Shown one piece after another: positions 41,035 through 55,627 of a stretch of DNA of 64,000 nt (within the stretch, counting starts at the first letter, position 1; each line of letters starts with the position of its first letter). This stretch comes from Octopus vulgaris (lineage: Eukaryota), in NCBI GenBank assembly GCA_951406725.2, contig OX597821.1:104532001-104596000 (forward strand). The letters are read 5' to 3'. The position numbers and the translations under genes are program-made. Under the pieces are notes generated by a model. It saw only the letters and a program-made list of their open reading frames with translations. It had not been told where the DNA came from and made no database searches.

Positions 41035-41496
41035 TGGAAGGTCTGGAGATGATGTACAGGTATTCTATATTAGAAGAAATGAGGTACTCAGAAATTCGGA
41101 TGGTTTTATATTTACAGATATTTATTTGTATATTACATGTTTTTATACATCATATAACTTAGACTATGTATTATCGCTTTCTTCCATTCTAGTGGGGTTT
41201 TCAAATCGAACTAAGTTCCTGTGTAAAAAGTTTTGATCATTTTATAGTGTTATTGAGTGTGTAGTGGCGGGGAGGGATATAAGACAGTATAAGAGGGTGA
41301 TAGATGAGGAGAAAGTGAGAGACGGAGAGCATGTGTGTGTGCGTGTGTGTATGTTTTTGTATTTGGAAAGAGTGTTAAAGAAAAAAGAGGGGAAGGGAGA
41401 GATAATTTGTTCTGCTGGACAGGATGTTTACGCCAAGGTTGGGTCTATGATCTTGGGGAAAAAAAAATTAAGTTTTGACCATTACACACTCAATGA

Positions 41497-41534
<38 letters not shown>

Positions 41535-41809
41535 GTATGTAATACTTAAGTTTGTCACGGGTACATATATATATACGACAGGTCTCTTTTATTTTGCCTC
41601 TAACACATCCATTTACAAGATTTTGGTCAACCAAGAATATAGTAGAATACACGTGCTCAAGATGACATGCCGTTGAACTGTACCAGTAACCATGTGGTGA
41701 AGAAGCAAACTTCGTGCCGCACGACCACTCATTGTATGTAGGCATGTATGTATGTAATCATCAGACTTAAAAATAATTATTTTAAATGTTTTCACTGGAC
41801 CACTAATTT

Positions 41810-41985
41810 CATAGGAGTGGCGAAGTTGGTTACATCGATCCTAATGCTCAAATTGTAGCTATTTTATTGACCACGAAATTATGAAAGGTAAAAATCTAAC
41901 CGGCATTTCAACTCAGAACCTACTGATGGAAGTAACGCCGGTAACATTCCTCTCCGGTTTGCTAACCCTTCTACCAGCTCTTCGT
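41810..41985 (-). mobile_element. SINE family B, degenerate
   Basis: attttattgacc..atgaaaggtaaa..caactcagaac. Confidence 0.55.
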
Positions 41986-42982
41986 TTTAAATAACGTAAA
42001 AATCTTACAAAAACAGTGACGGGAAGTATAAAAATGTCAAATTTAATAATATTTTTCAGGTATGGTTTATGACTCCATAAAAACTAATCGAAATACTTTC
42101 AATTTACCGGCAGTATATCTCCTATTAGTATCGCTCTTTTAAAACTACTGTCGCTTTTATGTTTGTACTAAATGAAGAAGTGTTTCTCTATATATGCTTC
42201 CATACATATATGTAAATTGTGCGGAAAACGTTGCCATGAAGCAATTCTAATTTCTTATGGCATGACAGTTTTATATTCGATTTGTTTATCGTTTTCAGTA
42301 TGTCTTTATATGCGAATTTATAGAAGAATAACGTGGCTATTATGCAGGTATGATTGACTGCACTGAACTACACAGTCAATATATGGTTGCAGCGTAATGA
42401 AGTGTTTAAATGGTTGCATTAGAAAACGGGGAATAAATTCAATCCTTGACTGGTCTATAAAATACATATAAAAAACGAAAAAGCTAGCTTATATATCGTT
42501 TTCATTTCTATATTGTAAATATGCTGCATAATACTGTGGTTCACTTAATATAACCTTTGATGTCAAAGTCCATCATATACTATAAGTTTCACAATTTGAT
42601 CGCTTCCGGCAGATATCCGGAATTTTCCTTTCTAGATATAACAATAAATAAAGTCATATCACACAATGGAATACGAAATTTGAGGCTTTTTTAAGTATTA
42701 TCAATTTACTCTTAAGTTTTGATGGTGATCGATTTTATATATAATAATGCAGTGCCAAGATTCGGTGATATAACATTAGGTATCAGCGTATTGTATGATA
42801 ATATTAATTTCAGGAGAATTTTCATTGAAGTGTTCGAAAGAATTCTAATTTAGAATTTTAGAATGAACTTTTTACGAGTTAGCATTGGCACATTAAGTTC
42901 GTGATTATTCGTTGCTCATAAATTAGTGGCGTTCGGCTCCCGATCATAATGTTTTGTGTTCAATAATTGCACCACAGGTAAG

Positions 42983-43585
42983 ATGGCGAGCTGGCAGAAA
43001 CGTTAGTACGCCGGGCGAAATGCTTCGCAGTATTTCGTCTGCCACTACGTTCAAATTCCGCCGAGGTCGACTTTGCCTTTCATCCTTCCGGGGTCGATAA
43101 ATTAAGTACCAGTACCGGTTACGCACTGGATCGATATTATCGATTTAATCCGTTTGTCTATCCTTGTTTGTTCTCTCTGTGTTTAGCCCCTTGTGGGTAG
43201 TTAAGAAATAGGTATTTCGTCTACTGTTACGTTCTGAGTTCAAATTCCGCCGAGTCCGACTTTGCCTTTCCTCCTTTCGAGGTCGATAAATTAAGTACCA
43301 GTTACGCGCGGAGGTCGATATAATCGACTTAATCCCTTTGTTTGTCCTTATTTGTCCCGTCTATGTTTAGCCCTTTGTGGGCAAAAAAAAAGTAACGTTA
43401 GTACGCCGGGCGAAATGCTTAGCGTTATTTCATGTCTTCGTTTTCAGTTGAAATTTCGCTGAGGTCGACTTTTCCTTTACTCATTACGTGGTCGATAAAT
43501 TAAGTTCCAGTTGCGTATTGGGTTACATCTAATCGACTGGCTCCTCCCCCAAAATTTCGAGCCTTGTTCTTAGTATAGAAAAGAA
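42983..43585 (+). mobile_element. Tandem trimer of SINE family B (tRNA head plus Meta-domain-like core)
   Basis: Three units containing gaggtcgactttgcctttcatcc..gtcgataaattaagtaccag, which resembles the Sauria/MetaSINE core. Confidence 0.9.
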
Positions 43586-43871
43586 TATTTGCACCAGAAG
43601 ATATTTTATTCTTGCGAAACGATTACATTTCATCACCTTACTACAATTTAGTCAGCTGTAAATGAAAACCAGACGCCAACAGCCTGAGTTGTACAGCCAA
43701 GTCTTCTACCACGGCCTTGATATAAGTTCGAATGAACCGTGCGGGAAGCGACAGAAATTCTATGTCTCTTCCCTACTTCACCAATCCCTGAAATAATTAT
43801 TGACAATATGATTCTTCATATCAAAGTTAATTCGCTACAAAGTAACACCTGGTTGTACATTATTTAAGAAC

Positions 43872-43923
<52 letters not shown>

Positions 43924-44084
43924 TCTGAACTGTAATAAATATTTTCGAAATGAACAACTATTTCAGTCACGTTGAAATCTTTGGAAGTATTATTTAGCAC
44001 ACATCTTAAAATGAAAACATTTTATACATACATATTGGGCATAATATAAGTTATGTCTATGTTGTGATTATTTTCATTTGACAT

Positions 44085-44872
44085 TTGAGAGTCATTATTG
44101 TTCACTTACTTTAGATGCAAATTGCGCGTAATTTTGTTCACAACTGTTAATTCAGTGTCCATCTTGACATGGATTGCAAAAACGAACATCCATGCCATAG
44201 TTTGCTTTTCTATTTCCGGAAAGGTAAGAAAGCTGATGAGGCTCACAAAGAGATATATGAAGCTCGTGATCCATTCGTATTGAACCACCATAAACCACAT
44301 TGAAAGATGAATTGCATGAAAAAAGATTATACTGTCAATTTGGTGAGATTAGAAAGGTGCTGTGTATTTTGAGCTGCTTCCAATGAACCAAACGATCAAT
44401 TCAGATATTTACTGACAGCAGCTAGTGAAATTGGGGGAGGCAATCAAAGAAAAACTGTCAGAATTTGGAAAATGGTACATGAATCGTCTTCCAACATGAC
44501 AACGCTAGACCATACATGTTTTTGCTAACTCATGAACAATCAGTGGAGCTTATCTGGTAAGTGATGTCACATCCACTATATAAACCTGACGTTGCACCAT
44601 CAGATTACCATTTATTTCGACGTTTCCAAAATCCTTTGAATGGTAAAACGTTCAATAATTGTGATGATCTGAAATCGCACTTACTTAAGTTTTTAGATGA
44701 TAAGGACCAAAATTTATATGAGTGAAGAATCATGAATTTGCTACAAAGATGGCAAAATATGATCGAACAAAATGGAAAATATATAATTGATTAAAGCTCA
44801 TTCTTGGTATGAAATAAAATGACTTTTATGTTATACTAAATAACCGAAATTACTTTCTTGCCAACACAATAT
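44085..44872 (+). mobile_element. mariner transposon 3' half, pseudogenised
   Basis: Manual translation: YFELLP.NQTINSD, FQHDNARP, HPLYKPDVAPSDYHLF (YSPDLAPSDY motif), RWQ; right TIR ccgaaattactttcttgccaacacaa followed by TA. Confidence 0.9.
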
Positions 44873-45857
44873 ATGTTAAGAAAATATTTTCTCGTTTGAA
44901 GTGTTATTGAAAATTACGCACGAGAAATTTCTTTGTGTGAAACTACTTTTCAAATTTCATTCTTTGCTTGTGTTCTATATATTATTTTGACAATTCATAT
45001 TGTTATATTAAAAAAATGCTATTTATTCCAATATTTTGATGATTTACATAAATAGATATGTATATACGTATGCATGCGTGAGTGTGCGTGTGTGCGCGGA
45101 TGCACGTGCCTGTGCGTATTCGTGTGTATGTGTGTAGTTATATATACATATGTGTGTGTGTATTCATATATATATATATGTGTGTGTGTGTAGATGCTGG
45201 TGGTGTATTTTATTATTTGAACAGGTTTTTAATATTAAACACTTTAATATCTAATAAAAAATAAATTTATTTACTTTTTTGTTATTCAAATATTTTGCTG
45301 GTTTCTTGCGTATTTTTGTCTTATTTGCACATGAAACAATAGTTACATGTAATTTACATGCAATAAATTTCATGTAAATTGTCAAAATATTAAAAACTGT
45401 TCGAAAAGGCAAATGAAAGTCACACATTTGGAAATTTGCTGAAAATAATGGTTTCAACACTTGGCAGAACGCCAGGTATTTCAGTTGGAGGGGTTTAGTC
45501 CATTACGCCCAAAGCATTACATGATGTCATTAGTATTTGAAAGTCGAAGATAAGGACACGGAACAAAATGCCGCTGGGGATTTTATCCGGTGCGCTCATT
45601 TTTGCTGGAAGTAATGGTAATATGCTATTTTGTTTTTGTAATGGATTTAGTTTTCCTTTTGATGTTCTTAGCCATGGGCTTTTAGGTATATATTATTTCA
45701 AGCTTCTACTTTCAAATTCATGTCTTTCTATGTACTGTACTCCTGCTGTGACGACAAACAAGATATTGATTCTCAAGCGATTAGCGGACATAATGGCAAG
45801 AAAAACGATATGACTATGTATTTGAATAATAAGAAATATTCTGATACACACATACAT

Positions 45858-45938
<81 letters not shown>

Positions 45939-46824
45939 AATGTATACATATATATACATACAAATAAAAAAATTGTAAGGTTATATATACATAAAATGAA
46001 TGAAATGCAGCTAAGCTTTCAAACAAAAATGCTTTTATCCGATGTGTTTTGAAACTCTAAATAAACAATTCAGTCAGATAGATGAACTGCTAATACATTT
46101 GTAACAAAATCAGACTGAGTTTAGCAATCACAGATGATATACAAGGGTCTTTGCTCAACATTCGACTTCCAGGTTTCCCAGAAACTGTCATTTTTAGTTT
46201 ATATATGCATCACAAATTCTGTAGTAACTGCTCAAAATAACTGCACTGAACAAATTTTTACCATCACTGTCACAATATTCATCAGCATCACAACAAATGG
46301 TTAGCATCACCGTCGCATCATGCAGCACAGTCACAAGAAAAGTTTAGTATTACCATGGCAACATGCATCACCGTTACATGAGTACTGAGAAAAAATCCGG
46401 ATTGAACAATCTCAGAATTTAATTGTTAATTCTACATATCATAATTTTAATTGTATAGAATAAGAAAACAAAAAAAAAAAATACACAGTTATATTCTCTA
46501 CTTTAGTTCTATATACGTTCGTCACTGTTTAAAAATCACATTCAAATGATCATCTACATATATAGTAATTGTAATTCCATATTTTATAATCAGTTTTCAG
46601 CAATTGAAAGCTATTCACCATTTATTCTATTTCATCATATACTAAACCGCCTGTATTCTGTAATACTTCCTAACCAATTGTTTTTTTTTTCTTTTTAAAG
46701 CATGGCTGTCTAACTTCTGGTGATTTCAAATTTTGTAAATGATAATTTGCTGGTAATTTCCTATAAATTCAATAGCAAATTAAAACGTGCACTTTTTCCT
46801 GTTAATATGTTTTATTCTACTTCA

Positions 46825-47020
46825 AGGCCGCAATCTGACAGAATCATTAGTATAGCCGGTAAAATGCTTAGCGGTCTTTCGTCCGTCTTTATGTTTTGAG
46901 CTCGAATTTGCCTTTCGTCCTTCGGAGATCGATAAAATGTGTACCAGTTTAGCACTGCGAGCAATGTAATCTCATCCCCATTAACGAACCTGCTAACCTT
47001 CAGCCAAAGTTTGTAACCAA
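46825..47020 (+). mobile_element. SINE family B, degenerate
   Basis: aaatgcttagcgg..tttgcctttcgtccttcggagatcgataaa. Confidence 0.65.
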
Positions 47021-47827
47021 TATGTATTATATACTCCATTCTATGTATTACGTTTTATATTTTTATCCTAACGAAATAATCTTATCTGTTTTTGTGGATC
47101 ACTTTAGTGTCGCCAATGTGGATGCCTTTGCAACCGTTTATCGAAAACAAATATTGTAATTTAGGCTGAACGTATCCTAAACGTGATTCTTTGGTGCGTG
47201 TGTCTCACTGATTTTCTAATACATAATTCATGGCAACGACTTCCAATGAAATGTTATTGGCTTTTAAGGATCATCTGCCTAAATTGTATGTAATTCAATC
47301 AGCCAAACGAAATCTTTGACTATCAGAGGCTATCATTGTAAAGAACATTAATATAATTGTAAACCGCATTAAACAGACACAATATTTGGATAACAAGTGT
47401 GGGGGAGAAACGTGATGAGCATTCCCAATGTTATTTTTCATACCAGGAAAAGCACAACACCAATTAACATTCCTGGTGTTCATACACAGAGTCGTGATGC
47501 ACAAACTTACAGAATGTCAATTACAAAATGCCCTTTCCTATAGTATTAGTGGACAAACATCACACCAACCTATTCTTAGAAAAGACTTTATCAAATTCCA
47601 CCCAAGCACCGCAAAATAACTGAAACGTAGTCGCCCTACATATAATACAAGTTCAAATCAAACCAATATTAAGCGTTGAAGAGGACTTAAATATATAAAC
47701 CTATCGCTGCACAAAATAAACATCAGCTGGCAATAATAAATATATTTAGCAGCTGCTAAATATTATAGAGAACTGGAACTATAATTCCTCTTTTCTAATT
47801 TTTTTCCTTCCTTTCTAATACTCTCTT

Positions 47828-48244
47828 TACTCTCTTTTACTCTTTTACTTGTTTCAGTCATTTGACTGCGGCCATGCTGGAGCACCACCTTTAGTCGAAC
47901 AAATCGACCCCAAAACGTATTCTTAGTAAGTCTAGTAATCATCCTGTCGGTCTGTTTTGCCGAACCGCTGAGTTACGGGGACGTAAACACACCAGCATCG
48001 GTTGTCAAGCACAGACACATACACACACATACACACACACACACACACACGCACACACACACACATATATTTATATATATACGACGGGCTTCTTTCAGTT
48101 TCCGTCTACCAAATCCACTCACAAGGCTTTGGTCGGCCCGAGACTATAGTAGAAGACGCTTTCCCAAGGTGTCACGCAGTGAGACTGAAGCCGGAACAAT
48201 GTGGTTTGTAAGTAAGCTACTTACAATAGAGCCACTCCTACGCC
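47828..48244 (-). mobile_element. SINE family A, full length
   Basis: Family A motifs, reverse-complemented. Confidence 0.9.
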
Positions 48245-49299
48245 ATTAATTGAATAATAATAAGTTTATTAATATTATTTCTCTATATGATTTTCGTGTA
48301 TTCAGTTTCCTTAGTCCTTTTACATAAATAGTACATACCAACTTTTGTGGGTTTATTTTAAACAGTTGTTTCTTGTCTGTAGATATAATCTCAGCCACGC
48401 AACAATGCTGCCAGTGAGGTCCTTTGGATGTCCAGGCGTAAAATATTATCCGTAATCCTGCTCGGTGTGTTTAACAAGATGATCGTAATTTTTAAATTAT
48501 TTCGGCAATCTTAGTGTCATTAATCCTCTATAGAATGTGACCTAGCGTCACAACTGACGCATTTCACGACCAAATTTGAACAATTTGTAAATGCTAAGAT
48601 ACAAGACCCATAATCTTGTACTGAACATGACACAGCAGTTCTATTCTGTGAAGGATGAGTATCACACCTTATAACAGTTAAAGGTAGTATGTCCAGCAAA
48701 CTGATCCAGGAGATATATTGCGCCAACTTTGGTGTGAGAGAGAGAATAGATTCGTTCACAGCTTATGTGATCATGGAGATTTTCTTCGTTCCATCTTCCC
48801 TGAGATGTAAGTATTTTCTTTTGCCTTTGCATTTTGTCTGTCTTGTGTGTCATAAAGTTCTGTGTTTTATGAACTATATGAGAGGTGCATCGGTGTTCTT
48901 TATTTGAAAACTAGTAACATCTTCGACATGCTCTTGCTAGTGATCTTCCTCCTGTTCTTTCTGCGTTTGTGCTCTGTAAGGTGGAGTGTGTGTGTGTGTA
49001 TTTGTGTATTTGTGTGCGTGTGGGGTTAGTATTATACTCAGACCTAGGGTAGATGTATTCAACTGTGTCAAGCGTTTTCCAGCTGCCGGCGGTCGATGGG
49101 AAATTTTGTTCTCATGAATCTGTTAACAGAGTATGAACGCAAATTTCATCGCTGGATGTTCTGCCATAGTCTGACGAGCACACGCTGTATGCTACATAAG
49201 ATACATAACGATGTAGAATTACTGCTGCAACAGTACAGGGATTTACTACTAGAAATGATATGAGATTCGGATTAGAAATATTTTCCTATGCAGCATTGA

Positions 49300-50005
49300 A
49301 GTTATGAAAGTTGATAACTGTAATATCATACTTGATAAAAGAAAAATACATTAAAGCATTAGATCAAACATAGATTTACAAATACTTCGCAATTAATGAA
49401 CTAAACAGAAGTGCAGTATTGAAAGGAAAGAAAAAAGGTTAGAGAGTGATATTACAAACGCATTTCATTAATACTTCAAACAGAGGTAAATGCAAACAAT
49501 AAGATAATAAACACCATTGGTATATCTTTCGAAGCAATAAGATATAGTTATGATATTTTCAACTGAACACTAAATGAATTGGCAAAGCTAGACAGAAAAA
49601 TATAAATATACCGACTGCGTTTAGAATACAGTATAAAGAATCTGTTATAAAAGATAATTTTTACCAATAATGCAAGGTATATACACGCTATACAACTAGA
49701 GAATTATTATACGATATATAACGAGGAAAACTTATACAAAATTGAACAAGAACAGAAATAGCACAAAAGAAAAACTTGTTATAAACCAAATCACAAGCTG
49801 AGTGGATGAAAAGTCACAACAGAACTTGTAAAGAAGCTACAAACTAAACAAAATGTTAGCTAGTGTACACCTGAATAAAAGAACAAAGAAAATGGCCCTA
49901 CATGGCTAATATGAAAATAATACAAAACCAAACAAAGCAAAGGAACCAAATTGTGAGAAGAGAAAAATCGCAATACTGCTGGTGAAGCACAGGACTAAGA
50001 ATCAG
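49300..50005 (+). mobile_element. R4/Dong-clade (RLE) LINE relic, post-RT region
   Basis: Manual translation fragments NANNKII, IRYSYDIFN*TLNELAKLDRK, KMALHG. Confidence 0.55.
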
Positions 50006-50072
50006 TACGTTATTTACATTATTTACATTAGTTACATTCGGCGGATATTTGTCCTCATCTTGTTTGTTGTTA

Positions 50073-50117
50073 ACACAACGTTTCGGCTGATATACTCTCC
50101 AGCCTTCTTCAGGTGTC
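50073..50117 (-). ncRNA. Canonical minimal type-I hammerhead ribozyme motif in a ~150-bp pLTR-like insert (about 50006-50155)
   Basis: gacac-CTGAAGA-a-ggctg gagagtatat cagcc-GAAAC GTT-gtgtt; palindromic stem III aacgtt. Confidence 0.85.
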
Positions 50118-50340
50118 TTGGGGAAATTTTGAACCTGGGTTCTCATTCCTAAAGTATACTAAGAACCAGATTGAAACGATTAGGCGCAGCCGTCTGAAGG
50201 CTGATTGAATATTATGACCTGTTTGGGAGACAGTCATCTTTGGAAGCAAATAACGGCTGTGTCAAATCCTCTCATACCAGTTAGACTGGTACTGTGATTT
50301 TCCGAATTGAAACAGTAACATCACTTACATAGGATTGGTA

Positions 50341-50720
50341 AGCACTCCGTCGGTTACGACGACGAGGGTTCCGGTTGATCCGAATCAACGGAACAGCCTG
50401 CTCGTGAAATTAACGTGCAAGTGGCTGAGCACTCCACTGACACGCGTACCCTTAACGCAGTTCTCGGGGATATTCAGCGTGACACAGAGAGTGACAAGGC
50501 CGGCCCTTTGAAATACAGGTACAACAGAAACAGGAAGTAAGAGTGAGAGAAAGTTGTGGTGAAAGAGTACAGCAGGGATCAGCACCATCCCTGCCGGAGC
50601 CTCGTGGAGCTTTTGGTGTTTTCGCTCAATAAACACTCACAACGCCCGATCTGGGAATCGAAACCGCGATCCTACGACCGCGAGTCCGCTGCCCTAACCA
50701 CTGGGCCATTGCGCCTCCAC
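50341..50720 (-). mobile_element. SINE family C, full length
   Basis: Reverse complement of 19316-19698; B box gtttcgattcc. Confidence 0.9.
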
Positions 50721-51039
50721 TCATTGGATAAACAGATAATAGAGAAGCGTATATTAACTGTCTGTAGAACATGAAGCGTTTGTGGAGAAAATTTTAATCA
50801 GTTGGTCTATGATAGTCCAGTCTCATCCAAGGCAAGATTACAACAATAGGAGTTATATAATTGATGCTTCCATTGGTTGGTGCTATTGCTTTTACGACCG
50901 AAGAAATAAAACGACATGTTTTAAACATACAATAGAATATATCTCAGTGTTCCGTAGAACGAAAATCCTATGGTATATGAACATTCATACATAATTTAGG
51001 ATTATCTACCAAATTTCGTTGTGAGACTAAGCGGTAAAT

Positions 51040-51530
51040 TACGTGCCTTCTAATCGATATGAATCTCAGAAGCCAATGGAGGAATTATTCAAATATAATT
51101 ATCTAAAAGTAAGGTGTGAACCAACATTTTATTCATATTCCTCTAGCTTGATCACTTAGTCTCTGTTCCGTGAGTTGAAACAATCCCTTTTCTCTCCAAT
51201 GATCATACGTTGCCTATAACCCCTAATTGGAGCACCATTTTCATCCACCGTGTTGCTCAGGTAGTAACACTCCATGACCACAGCATTAATTTGATTCATC
51301 CATCTACACCGTGTATGCTGATCCCTTTTCGGATATCGACAGGCTGGAGCCGGACCAGAATCTCATTGGCTTCAGTTTCAGTCCCACCGTTATTCACAAT
51401 ACTTTGGTTTTTCATTGTCACTCATATGAAGTAGCGATTATCAGGTTGCGCATTTACCAGTGATTTTATTGTGACACCTTCACTAGATGTATCATTATTA
51501 ATCAGACCACGAGGCTCCACCCTTTTCCTT
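51040..51530 (-). mobile_element. R4/Dong-clade LINE 5' end fragment
   Basis: Manual translation RWMNQINAVVMECYYLS...RGYRQRM / WREKGLFQLTEQRLSDQARG. Confidence 0.7.
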
Positions 51531-51532
51531 TC

Positions 51533-51853
<321 letters not shown>

Positions 51854-52358
51854 ACTGATATTACCGATATTATTATTTTTACGTGTAGTAGCAGCAGTGG
51901 TTGCAGTAACAGCAATAGTAGTAGGGGTGGGGTATTGGTAAGGGTGGTAACGGCACAGACTCCTGTGCTATCATAATAGTAATAGTTGTAGTATTATTAA
52001 TGTAGTATTAATGGTTTTTAGCTTTAGTAGCTGCAGCATATTCTTATTATTTTTATTTTTATCATTAACACCATCACCACCACTACCATTGTTTGAAGAA
52101 TTAGTTGGGTAGCCGTTTGGCCAACAGGTCATATATTACAGGACTATAAATCGATTCGGCAGTTGGTGGGGAGGTCAGACATATACTCAAAGGAATTTTC
52201 GAATGTGTTTACTACTACGAGTGGCCACTGACCACTGAGAGCGCTGCCTTGAAAAGAAGCAATTCAACCTGTTCTATTTGTAATTACTGGTAGAAAAAAA
52301 ACAATGATGATAATACGCACACACACACGCACACACACACGCGCACACACACACACAC

Positions 52359-52396
<38 letters not shown>

Positions 52397-53406
52397 GCAT
52401 ATACTGATGTTCACGTCGTTGAATTTTTGAATTTCTGAATTCGATTGTGTTGTTGAAATAAAAGGTTTGTTTATATATTTGGGTAATATAAAAGTTTTAA
52501 AGTTTTCTTGAGATGTTCGCTTCTCTATCCAGTTGAGAATACAATAGGACTTTTACAATGAAAAGGATGTTTACATTTTCGAATCCTCGGGGAGTGTGAA
52601 ACAGAAAACAAGTTGTAAATAGTAAAGTTTTTAAGATTTACTACATATGTTCTTTTGTATGACCGCACAGAGAGAAATTGTAGTGTTCTTAGAATAAAAA
52701 GGAGGATGATGTTTACATTTTCGAATACTCAGGGAGTGAGGAAAGGAAAAGTATTCACACAGTAGACATAGATATTAAAGGTTTTTTTTCTTTTTAAAGC
52801 TGATCCTTTGTGTGTTCGAAAGCTGTAGGTATGTAAGTTTCCTAAGTTACTTTATTTTGAGAGAGATTTAAAATATTCACAGGAAATTGTAGATATTCCA
52901 GTCTTTGAGAATATTAGGAGGAAGTGATGTTCGCCTCGTTGGATTTTTGAATTTCTGAATTTCTTTTTTTTTTTTCGATGTTTTCTTTTCTTTTTAAAAG
53001 TTTTGCTGTGTTTTACATTTTTTGTAGTTGTACAGTATGTATATATTTGCTGGTGCTTACTTCCTTAACCCTCTATTGTGCATTTAATTGTGTTGTTACA
53101 ATAAAAGGCACGTTTACATATTCTGTTAGTTAAGGAAGAAGGGAAAAGAAAATCTCCACACAAAATTGGAGATATTAGAGTTTCTATATTTTTTGAGCTG
53201 TTCGTTTGTGTGTCCAAAACTGTAGATATGTAAGTTCCATAACTTATTTTTAGAGAAATTCAAAATACTCACAATAAACTGTAGATATTCCATTTTCTTA
53301 GAGTTTTTTATAGTTCTCCTACTGACTTGTATTAGTATTTATGTGTCTTCAGTTGCTGACAGGTCAGAGCAGCGAAGAAGACGTCCAGCCGCTGTCACGT
53401 CCATCC

Positions 53407-53438
<32 letters not shown>

Positions 53439-53547
53439 GTTGTTGTTGTTGTTATTATTATTATTATTATTGTTATTATTATTATTATTATTATCAATAT
53501 ATAAACGATTGAGGTAACTCCTCCTGAAGAGAAAGGAGACGTGATAC

Positions 53548-53623
<76 letters not shown>
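53407..53623. repeat. (ATT)n/(GTT)n microsatellites
   Basis: Directly visible. Confidence 0.95.
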
Positions 53624-54404
53624 TCTAAATTACACATAACACGTTAGATGGGCAGAAGGGATATAATAGTATAGATGAAGTCCGGTGTCTGCGTGGTACT
53701 TCATTTTGTCGTTTCCCAAAACTATGAAGTGCAATTTCCTTTGCAGGGGCTTTGAACAGAGCAACTAAAAAGACAACAAAATACATGAAAATATTTTGCG
53801 AACATCTATAGCACCTCTTACAATCCATCCATCCTCCTCACATTTACTGTTAAAATATTAAAACTGATTAGAAGCTGTATAGTTATTATCAAGAAGGGCA
53901 TATGAAAACTTTCGAAAGACAATTATTTTCCAGCCAAAGTCTCATTAATCTCCTAAGAATGGAATTCAGAATGATCTGGTATGCCTCACGGATCTGAGCG
54001 CATATTTGTATGCGATGATAATCATCTCCATCTAGTCGATGCATCGAAAAGCTGCCAGGATGAAATCGAGAAACTACCATATATAGGCGTATTAAAATTG
54101 AATTACTAAAGCTGTTACAATATTTGTAAAATCAAACAGGGAAGCAAAAAGAAGAATGCTAACAAAAATGCATGTAAGACACTCAAGGTAGTCTATTCCA
54201 GTGTTTTGAAAAAATGTAGGCTGTATACAATGATATATTGTGAAAATATTTGTCAGGTTTTTTTATATGAAAAAAAAAATGTTAAAATTTTAGTATATTA
54301 CAATTTTAGTATATTTCCTCAAAATCTATTATTCTTTTTTTCAATTATTTTGAAACATTTGAGAAGCTTCTGTCGTTTGTATTATTTATATGTGGCTGAT
54401 AGTT

Positions 54405-54846
54405 ACTCTCTCTTACTCTTTTACTTGTTTCAGTCATTTGACTGCAGCCATGCTGGAGCACCGCCTTTAGTAGAGCAAATCGACCCCAGGACATTTTGTA
54501 AGCCTAGTAGTTGTTCTATCGGTCTCTTTTGTCGAACCGCTATGTTGCGGGGCCGTAAACACATCAGCATCGGTTGTCAAGCGATGGTGGGGGAACAAAT
54601 ACAGATACATAAATACACACACAAACATACACATACTCACACACACACACACACACAAATATATATCTATATATATATATACGACGTGCTTTATTCAGTT
54701 TCCGTCTATCAAATCCTACTCACAAGGCTTTGGTCGGCCTGTGGCTATAATAGAAGACACTTGCCGGAGGTGCCACGCAGTGGAACTGAACCCGGAACCA
54801 TGCGGTTCGTAAGAAAGCTACTTATCACACAGCCACTCCTACGCCT
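54405..54846 (-). mobile_element. SINE family A, full length
   Basis: Family A motifs, reverse-complemented. Confidence 0.9.
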
Positions 54847-55081
54847 ATATAAATCCCTCTTTTTAAATATTTAGTTTTTGCATTTGGTTTGCAAGATTCT
54901 TTATGTCACTTCGTGTGTGTCTGGGGAGACTCATTATCTTTTAGTGCCTTGTAATTTAATACACTCACCGGTAAAATTCCACTCATTTACCTATTCATTT
55001 TTCTAAAATTTTCGTTGCGCCTTGCAACCTTTTCAATAGTTGTTCACTCTTTGTTTAAATATATATATCTATTTTCACGTG

Positions 55082-55340
55082 AAGTCGCGTGTTTTAGAGG
55101 TTAGAATACTCGGTTCACAACTGTATGTTCGTGGGGTGTACTCCCGGCGCTACGTTGTAACCTTGAGCAAGACGCTTTATTTCCCGTTGTTGCAGTCCAC
55201 TCAGCTGGCACAAATGAGTAGTACCTATAATTCAAAACCTGCAAGACTTGTCACATTGTCAATTTGAATGTCACGGAGAACTACGATAAAGGCATGTATG
55301 ACTCTGGAGTACTCGACCACTTGCACGTTAACTTCACGAG
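55082..55340 (+). mobile_element. SINE family D, degenerate
   Basis: ccttgagcaagacgctttatttcccgttgttgcagtccactcagctggca. Confidence 0.75.
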
Positions 55341-55567
55341 GAGAGCTGCAGGACATTTGTCACTGAGGAACCCATAACAAGATGAAATCACGTGAACATG
55401 CAGTTATGGCACTAGTACTAGACGATTCTCATATACAAACGATAAGATTTCGAATACATTTATAAAACACATTTTTATGAGAATTCCCTTTAGGTAAATT
55501 ACGCAGTACTCTGTGTTCTAACACAGCCCTAACATTAAATTGAACACCATGATTATTTTCATATATG

Positions 55568-55621
<54 letters not shown>

Positions 55622-55627
<6 letters not shown>

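Noticed and set aside
48370-48950. Possible minus-strand RLE-LINE fragment (RWNEENLHDH)
   Set aside because: Only a single weak motif
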